A DNA stretch of 59,198 nucleotides from Sulfurospirillum sp. (GCA_024762235.1 JANTHT010000001.1:1-59198); one strand, 5' to 3'. Counted from the first letter of the stretch, positions 1 through 9,221 are shown. A program made the numbers and translations. Notes: generated from the letters alone by a model not told the origin.

Positions 1-111
1 GAATAATTCACTTCTCTCAAACGGCTTCACGGCGGGTACCCCAAAATTTCGGGGAAATTTTGACCCTACCGCTGCAGATGTTGTTCGAGCAGCAAATGAT
101 TCAGAGGGTTT
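1..111 (+). repeat. MITE-like palindromic repeat, copy A (left end cut by window edge)
   Basis: Nearly identical to the reverse complement of 56590..56709 outside a ~20-nt centre. Ends in the right terminal inverted repeat (..GATTCAGAGGGTT). The left TIR is missing because the window begins inside the element. Confidence 0.8.
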
Positions 112-206
112 TATTCTAAATCCTTTTTATATTTTTTCATAACTTTTAGCAAGATCGTTGTAAAATTGCCCATAACTAATTTTAATAGTTACAAAAAGGA
201 GTCAAT

Positions 207-1949
207 TTGATGAAAAAAATAGTTGTTATGTCCATCGCCGCTGCGATGGTCACCAGTGTGATCGCAAATGCAGATGAAACAACCGTTTCTGCTACACAGG
301 AGGCAACAGCTCCGGCAGTACAACCGGCTGCCAACGATGCCCTCGTCAAAAAAGTGGAAAAACTGGAGAAGAGTCTCAAAAAGCTGAAAAAGAAGCTTTC
401 AGAGGTCAAGGCGCATGACGCGAACGACAATATCAAGTGGAGTGTCGATTTCAGAACGGCTCTGGATGTTCTCAACTACAAAGCAGCATCCGGGAAAGAG
501 TACAAGAACGATTCTCTGCTTTCCAACAGACTCTGGTTGAATATGGCATATGCGCCTACGACCAACATGATCTTTAAAGGGCAGCTCTCTTTCAACAAGG
601 CGTACGGAGCGACACCTGTCAATCCTGCTACCGGGTACCCTCAGAGAGGTTTTGGATACGACACATTTGACTGGGTTTTGAATGAAAATCTGCTCGATGA
701 CAATCTGAGAGTCAGAGAAGCGTACTGGCTCTATATGAGTGACAGCCTCTTTGGCAGCAAAGTGAGCTGGACCGCCTCTTTCGGCCGTCGTCCTTCCACG
801 AACGGTTTCCTGATTTCTCTGAGAGAGGGTGACAAGCCAAAATCTCCACTGGGGCACGGCATCAACGTCGAGTTCGACGGTGCGAGTTTCAAATTTGGTC
901 TGGACAGAGTGATTCCGGTTACAGGTATGTATCTGAAGTTTTGTTTGGGGCGCGGTCTGACCAATGCCAGAAGCAGATTTAATATGGATGGCGGTTTTGC
1001 ATCGTTGGGTGACTACAGCAAAGACCAAACGACACTGAAAAACGTTGATCTTGCAGGATTTATTTTTGTGCCATATGATGATGGTCAGTACAAAGTGATG
1101 ACCACATACTACAGAGGATTCAATGTTCCAGGATTTGTGATGGCTGATCCGGGCATGATGAGTGGTAGCAATACTGGTATGGTCGCAATCAATGCACAAG
1201 ACGGCTCTTTTGGTCTCAATCCAAATATCGCTATGAAAACGATGGGTGCGCAAGATGGTGCAGGTATCTCATTTTTGGTAGATGGTATCGGTGACGGTAT
1301 TAATGATTTCCTGGATAATACAAAATTCTTTGCCAGTGCAGCATGGTCTGTTACGCATCCCAACAACAAATATCAGACACTTGATATGAATGCAATGATG
1401 GGTGCGATTCAGCAGGGTGTGCAGCAGGCATTGCAAATGCAAAATATCGCCAACCCTACACCTGCGCAGATTCAAGCGACACAGGCACAGGTCGTACAGG
1501 GGATGATGGCACAGCTTCAGGCAAATCCACAGGCAGCTGCACAATATGTTAAAAACGAAGGTATGCTGGGTTCCAATGACAGTGAGACAGGTGTATCCTA
1601 CTGGGTAGGTGTAAACATGCCGGCAGTGGTTACAGATGACGGTACCTTTGGCCTGGAATACAACCATGGAAGCAAATACTGGAGACCGTTTACCTATGCG
1701 GAAGATACGATGATCGGTTCGAAGATGGCGGTACGCGGTGACGCTTATGAAGCATACTATATTCAGCCACTGATGAAAGGTTTCTCTGCGGAGATCAGAT
1801 ATACCTATCTCGACTACAAGTATACCGGTAGTCAGGGATTCTTCGGAGCGGGCGGCACACCTATGACAATGGATGAAGCCAGAGCGATGGGTATGGATCC
1901 GATAGACAAAGCGGACGATCTGAGAATTTCTCTGCGTTATCAGTTCTAA
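207..1949 (+). CDS. Outer-membrane beta-barrel protein, DUF3373-like putative porin
   Basis: Signal peptide (MMKKIVVMSIAAAMVTSVIANA), short Lys/Glu coiled coil (KKVEKLEKSLKKLKKKL), and a long beta-rich body ending ..LRISLRYQF (C-terminal aromatic residue typical of OM barrels). The family name is from recollection of the architecture. Confidence 0.6.
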   Translation: MMKKIVVMSIAAAMVTSVIANADETTVSATQEATAPAVQPAANDALVKKVEKLEKSLKKLKKKLSEVKAHDANDNIKWSVDFRTALDVLNYKAASGKEYKNDSLLSNRLWLNMAYAPTTNMIFKGQLSFNKAYGATPVNPATGYPQRGFGYDTFDWVLNENLLDDNLRVREAYWLYMSDSLFGSKVSWTASFGRRPSTNGFLISLREGDKPKSPLGHGINVEFDGASFKFGLDRVIPVTGMYLKFCLGRGLTNARSRFNMDGGFASLGDYSKDQTTLKNVDLAGFIFVPYDDGQYKVMTTYYRGFNVPGFVMADPGMMSGSNTGMVAINAQDGSFGLNPNIAMKTMGAQDGAGISFLVDGIGDGINDFLDNTKFFASAAWSVTHPNNKYQTLDMNAMMGAIQQGVQQALQMQNIANPTPAQIQATQAQVVQGMMAQLQANPQAAAQYVKNEGMLGSNDSETGVSYWVGVNMPAVVTDDGTFGLEYNHGSKYWRPFTYAEDTMIGSKMAVRGDAYEAYYIQPLMKGFSAEIRYTYLDYKYTGSQGFFGAGGTPMTMDEARAMGMDPIDKADDLRISLRYQF

Positions 1950-1959
1950 AACGTATGCT

Positions 1960-1989
1960 TATGAGGGGTTTCCCCTCATAACTCTTTTT
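1960..1989 (+). terminator. Rho-independent terminator after the porin gene (possibly bidirectional)
   Basis: Perfect 9-bp stem TATGAGGGG/CCCCTCATA with a TTT loop, followed by ACTCTTTTT. Lies between convergent genes. Confidence 0.65.
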
Positions 1990-2070
1990 ATAGACTCTTA
2001 CCGATGTAACGTGTTTACCTTGTATCTGCATCAAGAGTTGTTACTTAAAGTAACAGTTTGAGTGATCGCA

Positions 2071-2451
2071 TCATCGAATTGTTTTAAGTCTTTCAAGGAA
2101 ATCATGCGCACTCGCTGCGCCTTCGATCTTACCTGTAAGTTTTCCTTCCGGTGAAATAATGAAAAAAGTCGGTACTCCTTTATAGCTGAATCCTTTTGGC
2201 GGTTTCTCTTTGGATAGATTCATATCAACCAATATATAGTGGGATTGCATATATTCTGAGAGTTTCGGGTCTTTGAATATCACCTCTTTCATGTATGCAC
2301 ACTCCGGACACCATCGTGCATGATACATCATCAGAAGCGGTTTGGATTTACTTTGTGCAATTTGGAGCGCTTTTTCATAGTTATGTTCCCAATCGAGTGC
2401 ACCGGCATATAAAAAAGTTACTATAGATAGCATACTTAATATCTTTTTCAT
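2071..2451 (-). CDS. Periplasmic thioredoxin-fold protein (SoxW/SoxS-like by context)
   Basis: Signal peptide and a WCPEC redox motif in a thioredoxin-like ~125-aa protein. Divergently transcribed from soxC. Confidence 0.7.
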   Translation of the reverse strand: MKKILSMLSIVTFLYAGALDWEHNYEKALQIAQSKSKPLLMMYHARWCPECAYMKEVIFKDPKLSEYMQSHYILVDMNLSKEKPPKGFSYKGVPTFFIISPEGKLTGKIEGAASAHDFLERLKTIR

Positions 2452-2623
2452 AAATGACTCCTTCTATTACTCAAAATTATGTGCAGATGCGTTAAAATCA
2501 TACCACATTTTGTGTTGAACAATCGTGAAAAATGGCGCCTCATGCCGTCCTATGGTGAATTTGACGGGGATTTCGACAGGCTGTACCATTCACTTTTTTT
2601 ATAGATTGTTAAGAAAATGGTAG

Positions 2624-2629
2624 TATAAT
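2624..2629 (+). promoter_or_regulatory. Candidate -10 box (TATAAT) for the soxCD transcript
   Basis: TATAAT lies 36 nt upstream of the soxC ATG in an AT-rich spacer. An AAGGAGG RBS sits at 2654..2660. Confidence 0.3.
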
Positions 2630-2665
2630 TGTTCGTTTATCAAACTTATAAGACAAGGAGGAAAG

Positions 2666-4003
2666 ATGTTGAAAAAGAGAACAACGCATCTGGCTGACGC
2701 CTCTTCTTCTGCCGGTTCAGAGAGTATCGAACAGGCTGACAGAAGAAGTTTTTTCAAAAAAACACTTGCATACTCTGCAGGTGCACTTGCCGCTGCGAAT
2801 GTACTTTCGCCGGTAAAGATGAGAGCCGATGATCCTGCGATCATGGAAGAGAAGCCATGGGGTACGACACTGGGCGATCCGGTGACAAAAAACCGATATG
2901 GTATTCCTTCTGCGTATGAGCACAATGTCATCAGAAGAAATGCACAACTGTTGAGTTCCGGTAACTGGCAGGCATCTATTGCGATGTGTCCTGTTCAGGA
3001 TATGGAGGGTATTCTCACACCAAATGGACTCTTCTTCAGCCGTACACACGGCGGTGTCGCGCATATCGATCCTAACGAGCACAGACTGATGATTCACGGA
3101 CTGGTGGACAAAACACTTGTTTTGACCATGGATCAGCTCAAACGCTATCCAAGTGTCAGCAGAATCCACTTCATCGAGTGTCCTGCCAACGGCGGACCTG
3201 AGTGGAGAGGACCGCAGTTTAACTCTATCCAGTTTGCCAAAGGTATGATGAGTTGTGCGCAGTGGACAGGTGTTTATATCAAAGATATCATCAAAGACCT
3301 GGGACTCAAGCCAAATGCACGATGGATGCTTGCGGAAGGTGCAGACAATTCGCATATGGGTAGAACGGTTCCAATCGACAAAGTACTTGACGATGCGATG
3401 ATCGTCTGGGGACAAAACGGTGAAGCGCTCAGACCAGAGCAGGGTTATCCTATCAGACTGCTCGTTCCGGGATGGGAAGGTAACCTTTGTGTCAAATGGC
3501 TCTGTCGACTCGAGTTTGCGAGCGAGCCTTTCTATGCAAAAGAAGAGACTGCAAAATATACGGCGCTCAAACCTAGCGGTAAGGCAATTCAGCACTTCTA
3601 TGCGAATGAAGTCAACTCTGTCATCACTTCTCCTTGTCCGGAAAAACCATGGACAGACCTGAAAAAAGGCGATATCGTCGAGATCGAAGGTCTTGCATGG
3701 AGCGGAATGGGTACGATCGAAGGTGTCGATATCTCTTTTGACGGCGGTAAAAACTGGGTAGAAGCGAGCCTCAAAGGTTTGGTACTGCCAAAAGCCTGGA
3801 CAAGATTCAGCTATATGTATAAATATGAAGGAAAACCTCTTCTCCTTTCCAGTCGAGCAAGAGACGATGCTGGCCATATCCAGCCGACTGTAAAACATGA
3901 AAGAGAAGTCATGGGTGTCGAATCTGTCTATCACAGAAATGGTATCCATACATGGCAAGTAACAGCAAAAGGAGAGGTGAACAATGTACAAATCTTATCG
4001 TAA
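2666..4003 (+). CDS. soxC: Sulfane dehydrogenase molybdopterin subunit SoxC
   Basis: Tat signal (RRSFFKK..AAANV) and a sulfite-oxidase-family Mo-pterin plus dimerisation domain. Overlaps soxD by 20 nt and is followed by soxD-soxY-soxZ. Confidence 0.9.
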   Translation: MLKKRTTHLADASSSAGSESIEQADRRSFFKKTLAYSAGALAAANVLSPVKMRADDPAIMEEKPWGTTLGDPVTKNRYGIPSAYEHNVIRRNAQLLSSGNWQASIAMCPVQDMEGILTPNGLFFSRTHGGVAHIDPNEHRLMIHGLVDKTLVLTMDQLKRYPSVSRIHFIECPANGGPEWRGPQFNSIQFAKGMMSCAQWTGVYIKDIIKDLGLKPNARWMLAEGADNSHMGRTVPIDKVLDDAMIVWGQNGEALRPEQGYPIRLLVPGWEGNLCVKWLCRLEFASEPFYAKEETAKYTALKPSGKAIQHFYANEVNSVITSPCPEKPWTDLKKGDIVEIEGLAWSGMGTIEGVDISFDGGKNWVEASLKGLVLPKAWTRFSYMYKYEGKPLLLSSRARDDAGHIQPTVKHEREVMGVESVYHRNGIHTWQVTAKGEVNNVQILS

Positions 4004-5159
4004 ACTACTGGTTTCCGGTATCCTTGTCAGTGCGGCGTTGACGGCAGCGTTTGCATCCGATACCGGTGCTTCGAAAAAATATACCGAAGGCAAAGAGAAA
4101 GGGAAACTGGTGATCGACGGCGGTGCGACCTATCCTGTCAAGAACGGTATGACAGGCCCTTATCATGTCAACGTCAAAGCGCATAAAATGGCAATCAACA
4201 ACGGCCGACCTGCCACTCCCAACGAGATCAAAGCCTGGAATATCGATGTTATGCCTGATGGCACAGGACTTCCCGAGGGGCATGGTACAGCGGAAGAGGG
4301 TGAAGCGGTCTATGAAGCGAAATGTCTCAGTTGTCACGGAGACTTTGGTTCCGGTGGTGGAGGATATCCGTCTCTTGCCAAAGGAAATGCCTATGAGCTG
4401 CATGAGACACTGAAGTTTCAGCGAACGACTCCCGATGCGGATGGTCCGGTGCGTGTATTCGGTACCTACTGGCCGCGTGCAAGTACACTCTGGTGGTACA
4501 TCAAGACAGGTATGCCGCATCCGGCACCGCTCAGTCTGACCGATGACCAGGTCTATGCACTGGTGGCTTACATCTATACGCTTAACGAACTCAAACTCCA
4601 GGACGGAACAGAGATCGAAGACGATACTGAGATCAACAAGTCCAATGTACTGAAGGTCGACCTGCCGAACAAAGATGGCTTTATCCCCAATATCGATGGC
4701 CCGCATGCATTGGAAGATGTACGTGCTTTTTATAACGACTATAGCAACTATGGCAACGGTACCCGTTGTATGAAAGATTGCTTCAAGGGCAAACCGAAGA
4801 TTCTGCCTATTCAGATTGAGCAGAAGAGTTTCCTGCCGCCGCTTTCAGAGAAGAGGGATCTGCCTGAAAATCCATGCTGGATTGCAAGCTGTGATGTAGA
4901 GGCGGGTGGCAGCAGTGCCAATGCCGAAGGTAAGAAGATCTACGACGCACACTGTGCGGTATGTCATGGAAACGACTCCATGGGTGCACCGGATCTCGGT
5001 AACAAAGAGGCGTGGGCGAAAGTGATGAAGCAGGGTATGGATACTGTACTCAAGAATGCGATCAACGGTAAAAATGCGATGCCTCCACGCGGTGGTACTG
5101 ATTTGCCGGATGAGAAGATCAAAGCGGCGATCGAATATATGTACTCAAAAAGTAAGTAG
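3984..5159 (+). CDS. soxD: Dihaem cytochrome c SoxD
   Basis: Signal peptide and two CxxCH sites (CLSCH, CAVCH). ~390 aa, translationally coupled to soxC. Confidence 0.85.
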   Translation: MYKSYRKLLVSGILVSAALTAAFASDTGASKKYTEGKEKGKLVIDGGATYPVKNGMTGPYHVNVKAHKMAINNGRPATPNEIKAWNIDVMPDGTGLPEGHGTAEEGEAVYEAKCLSCHGDFGSGGGGYPSLAKGNAYELHETLKFQRTTPDADGPVRVFGTYWPRASTLWWYIKTGMPHPAPLSLTDDQVYALVAYIYTLNELKLQDGTEIEDDTEINKSNVLKVDLPNKDGFIPNIDGPHALEDVRAFYNDYSNYGNGTRCMKDCFKGKPKILPIQIEQKSFLPPLSEKRDLPENPCWIASCDVEAGGSSANAEGKKIYDAHCAVCHGNDSMGAPDLGNKEAWAKVMKQGMDTVLKNAINGKNAMPPRGGTDLPDEKIKAAIEYMYSKSK

Positions 5160-5192
5160 TACACGATTACTTCACGTTAAAAAGTTAAAATT

Positions 5193-5250
5193 AAGTGTTT
5201 AAAAACATTTGCCATGTGTTAAACACTTTGGGAGACGGGTAACCGTCTCC
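5193..5250 (+). promoter_or_regulatory. Two consecutive stem-loops in the soxD-soxY spacer
   Basis: AAGTGTTTAA...TTAAACACTT forms a perfect 10-bp stem with an inner ACAT/ATGT extension. It is followed by GGAGACGG-GTAA-CCGTCTCC, an 8-bp stem with a GNRA-type loop. Neither hairpin is followed by a U-tract. Confidence 0.45.
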
Positions 5251-5278
5251 AGCCAAATCTATATAAAAGGAATACACA

Positions 5279-5725
5279 ATGGAAAGAAGAAAATTTTTAG
5301 GATTCGGTCTTGTATCTATGGTAGCGCTTCCCTCACTGGTGAGTGCGCTTGATTTCAGAAAAGAGAAGCCTGATGCATGGACTGCAAAAAGTGTCAAAGA
5401 TGCTGTCGAGAAGCTTTACGGGACAGTCGCTCCCGAGACAAAAAATGTCAAGGTCAAAGCACCGAAAGTCGCCAGTAACGGCGGACAGATCCCTGTATCT
5501 ATCAAGTCAGATATCGACGCTAAGACAGTCGCGTTTTTGCAGGATGTAAATCCTGAAGCACTCGTCGCTGTGTGGGATATACCAGAAGGACAGCCTGTCG
5601 ATTTTTCACTTAAAATCAAAATGAAAAAATCAGGTAAAATCATTGCTATCGTAGAGGGTCGTGACGGTAAGTTCTACAAAGCTGAGCAGAGTCTCGAAGT
5701 TGCGCTTGGTGGATGTGAAGGTTAA
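5279..5725 (+). CDS. soxY: Sulfur carrier protein SoxY
   Basis: Tat-type signal (RRKFLGFG). C-terminal carrier-cysteine arm ..LGGCEG. Directly upstream of soxZ. Confidence 0.9.
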   Translation: MERRKFLGFGLVSMVALPSLVSALDFRKEKPDAWTAKSVKDAVEKLYGTVAPETKNVKVKAPKVASNGGQIPVSIKSDIDAKTVAFLQDVNPEALVAVWDIPEGQPVDFSLKIKMKKSGKIIAIVEGRDGKFYKAEQSLEVALGGCEG

Positions 5726-5769
5726 TCTTCGCTAACGAATAAATAGACTAAAAGATAAAGGAACGACAA

Positions 5770-6063
5770 ATGAAACTGAAAGCAAAAGTAAAAGGTGATT
5801 ACGTACAAGTCAAAGCGATGCTCAAACATGACATGCTGACTTATGACCAGGCAAAAAAGAAAGGGAAAGAGGCTAACTTCATCACACATATTACCGGTAA
5901 AGCCAATGACAAAGTGGTATATGACATGTCAACAAGCCAGTTTCTTTCCAAAAACCCACTGATCAAGTTCAAATTCAAAGGCGCCAAAAAAGGCGATGAG
6001 TTCGAATTGAGCTGGGTCGACCTGAAGGGCAATACCAAAGCCAAAAAAGTTAAAATCAAATAA
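5770..6063 (+). CDS. soxZ: SoxZ
   Basis: 97-aa protein with SoxZ-like sequence (..NPLIKFKFKGAKKGDEFELSWVDLKGN..). Paired with soxY. Confidence 0.9.
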   Translation: MKLKAKVKGDYVQVKAMLKHDMLTYDQAKKKGKEANFITHITGKANDKVVYDMSTSQFLSKNPLIKFKFKGAKKGDEFELSWVDLKGNTKAKKVKIK

Positions 6064-6082
6064 TTTAACTGAAGCTACACGC

Positions 6083-6108
6083 ATTGTCCGGGTTCTATCC
6101 CGGACAAT
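6083..6108 (+). terminator. Stem-loop after soxZ (putative terminator)
   Basis: Perfect 10-bp stem ATTGTCCGGG/CCCGGACAAT with a 6-nt loop, 20 nt after the soxZ stop. No clear U-tract. Confidence 0.4.
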
Positions 6109-6144
6109 CTCTCCCGATATACAGCTATCTATGAAGGTATAGAG

Positions 6145-6612
6145 ATGCCATTTAAAAACATTCCTGCAGGTGACGATGTCAAAGAGGTGATCAAAGCGGC
6201 GTTCGATGTAGAGTTCGATCTCTCCGGCGACTGGGGCTATGATATGCCGCATGCGATGATCATACACCGCACAGCAATTCCGCTTCAGCAATTGCAGCAT
6301 ACGCTCGCTTCGATGCGTGCGTTTATAGAGATGAATATGACCATGCCTGAAGATGAGCGTTACGGAGCGATCAATGTCAACGAAACGGCGCGGGAATGTA
6401 TCAGTGAAAACAATCGAATTTACGATAAAATAACCTATGAGATAAGTGGTATGCCGGAAAAACTCTATGAGAAATTTATCGATGAGTACAAATCTGAGTA
6501 TGAATCACCGGATTTCGACTTAGCGGCACATTTTCGAAGACGAAAGGAGAGCAGCGTTCTGCTTGAAAAGCCCTTTTGGTTCGATATCACGGATGTCAAT
6601 AAAACAGAATAA
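6145..6612 (+). CDS. Hypothetical protein
   Basis: 155-aa ORF with no signal peptide and no motif I recognise. Sits between soxZ and the DUF302 gene. Confidence 0.5.
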   Translation: MPFKNIPAGDDVKEVIKAAFDVEFDLSGDWGYDMPHAMIIHRTAIPLQQLQHTLASMRAFIEMNMTMPEDERYGAINVNETARECISENNRIYDKITYEISGMPEKLYEKFIDEYKSEYESPDFDLAAHFRRRKESSVLLEKPFWFDITDVNKTE

Positions 6613-6628
6613 AAAAGGAAGGTCAAAC

Positions 6629-7702
6629 ATGAAGAAAATCTTGTTTACAGTACTGGTTGTGGCCGGCTTTTTCAGTGTCTCACATGCTGACACTGCAAAT
6701 GGATCGGGTGTTGCAGCGATAGCTGAGAAAGTCAAATCTGCAGCGACCGAAGCTGCAAAAGAGGTTAAAGATGCTGCAAAAACCGCGGCGCATGCCGTCA
6801 GTGAAAAAGTTGCGAAAGCGACAGCCCCTTCGGATAGTGCCGAAATCCGTATCTTCCAGGCGGATAACAGCGATGGCAAGATCACGCCGGAAACAATCCA
6901 GAAAGCGTTTGAAAAAGCGGGTTTCTATATGGCAGCCAACAACGGGATGAACTTTCCGTTTAAAAGAGATTTCAACAACACCTATTACGATGTTTTCAAT
7001 CTCGCTGCATTTTATAGCGCGGATGTCGTCAAAGAGTTTATCAAAGAGTATCCGACAATAGGACTTTTCGCTCCGATGACGATGTCTATCTATACCAAAA
7101 AAGGTGACAAAACAATCTCTGTCGCGACATTGAGTCCTGCAAGAATGGCCGAGATTTCCGGTATCCCTGCAGATCACAAAGGGTGGAAAAAGCTGGATGA
7201 GATGCTGCAAAAAGCGCTCAAAAGTGCGATGCCCAACGGTAAATGGGTGCCTTACACGGCGAAAAAAGTACCGGTGAAAGGTCCTTTGACAGTGACAGCC
7301 ACGATGAAGATGGGTGACGATTGGGAAGACAGACTCGAAGATCTCGAAAACGATTTCGAGAGTGCTTTGACGGTAAACAAGTTCGCGATGCCTGCGTTCA
7401 ACGAACTGAGCGAAGATATCGAAGATACCGGGTATGATTTTTACATCGTATACTCTGTCTGTAAAATCCCTGTAGCGTATACGATTTCAAAGAACCATCC
7501 CGAGATGGGTGCTTACGCGCCATGTTCGATGTATATCTACAAAAAAGAGGGAGACGAGACAGTGCACTTCGGTATCCACCATGTCAAAAACTGGATTCAC
7601 TCCATGGGGCTGACAGAGAAGGAAGAGGTTCAGATTCTCAACGACGCCATGTCCAAAGTAGAAGATATACTTAAAAAGACGACTTCCGCCAAAGCGGAGT
7701 AG
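6629..7702 (+). CDS. Secreted tandem DUF302-domain protein
   Basis: Start chosen at the ATG at 6629 (AAGGAAGG RBS, signal peptide MKKILFTVLVVAGFFSVSHA). An Ala/Lys-rich amphipathic segment is followed by two DUF302-like halves (..GLFAPMTMSIYTKKGDKTISV.. and ..GAYAPCSMYIYKKEGDETVHF..). Confidence 0.6.
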   Translation: MKKILFTVLVVAGFFSVSHADTANGSGVAAIAEKVKSAATEAAKEVKDAAKTAAHAVSEKVAKATAPSDSAEIRIFQADNSDGKITPETIQKAFEKAGFYMAANNGMNFPFKRDFNNTYYDVFNLAAFYSADVVKEFIKEYPTIGLFAPMTMSIYTKKGDKTISVATLSPARMAEISGIPADHKGWKKLDEMLQKALKSAMPNGKWVPYTAKKVPVKGPLTVTATMKMGDDWEDRLEDLENDFESALTVNKFAMPAFNELSEDIEDTGYDFYIVYSVCKIPVAYTISKNHPEMGAYAPCSMYIYKKEGDETVHFGIHHVKNWIHSMGLTEKEEVQILNDAMSKVEDILKKTTSAKAE

Positions 7703-8140
7703 TCAAACTTTCAGGGAGACTGCATCGCCGTTGTGTAGTGTGCCTCCCTGCACCACTTTCGCAAAAACACCCCGGTCATCTCTGAGAAGTTTAGGCAATT
7801 TACGGTCTATCTTCGAGAGATGGTTGCATAGTGTACAGTTTTGAACAATCTCCAATACCACTTCTCCCAGTTGCAGACGCTCTCCCGGTCCGACAGTTTT
7901 CAAGTCGAAATCTGTCAGTATATTTTCTCCGAGAGCACCGTGAGGGATTCCGATACCCTGATCTGAAGCCAGTTGATACGCATATGTCGATGTGACCAGT
8001 ACCGAACGTGCCGGATCTTTGCCGTAATGTTTATCTTCCCTGATGCCCTGCGGGTCACACGTAATAACTGCCTTGCCGATACTGTTGGATTGCGTGTCGG
8101 CAATGAAGAGTGCTATCACTTTTGCGTTACGGTTTTGCAA
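7703..8140 (-). CDS. MOSC domain-containing protein
   Basis: 145-aa protein with MOSC-like sequence (..GALGENILTD..GERLQLGEVVLEIVQNCTLC..). Its stop abuts the stop of the convergent DUF302 gene. Confidence 0.65.
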   Translation of the reverse strand: MQNRNAKVIALFIADTQSNSIGKAVITCDPQGIREDKHYGKDPARSVLVTSTYAYQLASDQGIGIPHGALGENILTDFDLKTVGPGERLQLGEVVLEIVQNCTLCNHLSKIDRKLPKLLRDDRGVFAKVVQGGTLHNGDAVSLKV

Positions 8141-8241
8141 GGAGATCTCCTTCTTTTTTGTAGGATTTTAGCACTTTTTGATTAGTGTAAAATAAATCAC
8201 ACGATTTCTGCTATGATAAAGAAAAAGAGAGGAGAGCAGAT

Positions 8242-9213
8242 ATGCAAAAGTATTTAAAAATAGTGATGTTTCTGATCGTCATCAACACAACACTATTGGG
8301 ATTTACCCTGAAGAAATATGGTGAATTTCATTTCGTAAAGCTGCATCAAAACGTCTATGTCATGCATGGACCTGTCATGGCACCGAACGTCGAGAACGAA
8401 GGTTTCATGAACAATCCTGCGATCATAGAGGGGGATAAAGGTCTGATCGTCATCGATCCGGGCGGCAGTTACAATGTCGGCAAGAAGGTGCTCGCCGAAA
8501 TAGAGAAAGTGAGTAAAAAGCCGATACTCGCGACGATCAATACCCACAAACATGGCGATCACTGGTTTGCAAACAAAGCGTTGCTCGAGAAGTATCCGAA
8601 GCTTCAGATCTATGCGCATACAAACATGATCCATGAAGTCAAGGCGGGCGAGGCGGAGAAGTGGTACGGGATACTCGACCGACTGACACATAATCTCAAA
8701 GGTACGGACAAAGCGTTTGCCTATCCCAATCATGCCCTTAAGGATGGAGATGAGATCGTGATAGAGAGTGAAAAATTCAGAGTTTTCCATCCTGCAAAAG
8801 CGCATACCGATACCGATCTGATCATCTTGCATGAAAATTCAGAGACACTCTTCACCGGAGACAATGTCATGAAGGGACGCATGGGAGCTTTCGACGGTTC
8901 ATCGAGTATCTTCGGCAACATCGAAACGCTTGAAAAATTGATGAAAGGGAAATCGTACAGCTACTATGTCCCCGGACACGGTATTTCCGGGAAAAAAGAG
9001 GAGACGATCAAACCCTATCTTCACTATCTCAGGGTGATTGGCAAATGGGCACAGAAAGCATACGATGACGATCTCGAGAGTTACGAAGTCAAATCGGCTG
9101 CGATACGGGAGTTGCAAGCGTATAAAAACTGGGACGGCTTCTCCTATACAGTTGGAAGACACCTGTCAAAAGCGTACGAAGAGATAGAGATGCGTGAAGT
9201 GGCTGAAGAGTAG
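8242..9213 (+). CDS. Secreted MBL-fold metallo-hydrolase (SoxH-like by context)
   Basis: N-terminal signal/TM segment and the HxHxDH motif (THKHGDHW). Downstream His/Asp ligands are typical of metallo-beta-lactamase-fold proteins. Confidence 0.75.
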   Translation: MQKYLKIVMFLIVINTTLLGFTLKKYGEFHFVKLHQNVYVMHGPVMAPNVENEGFMNNPAIIEGDKGLIVIDPGGSYNVGKKVLAEIEKVSKKPILATINTHKHGDHWFANKALLEKYPKLQIYAHTNMIHEVKAGEAEKWYGILDRLTHNLKGTDKAFAYPNHALKDGDEIVIESEKFRVFHPAKAHTDTDLIILHENSETLFTGDNVMKGRMGAFDGSSSIFGNIETLEKLMKGKSYSYYVPGHGISGKKEETIKPYLHYLRVIGKWAQKAYDDDLESYEVKSAAIRELQAYKNWDGFSYTVGRHLSKAYEEIEMREVAEE

Positions 9214-9221
9214 CCGCAGGA

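Noticed and set aside
2717-3991. A 424-aa ORF antisense to soxC, plus similar long antisense ORFs at 399..1253, 24325..25212, 28484..28954 and 31006..32142.
   Set aside because: The checked cases (2717..3991, 24325..25212, 31006..32142) are codon-aligned with the sense gene. They stay open simply because the sense genes avoid TTA, CTA and TCA codons. Their products are low-complexity (Arg/Cys/His-rich) and have no RBS or motifs. The sense-strand genes have unambiguous homology.
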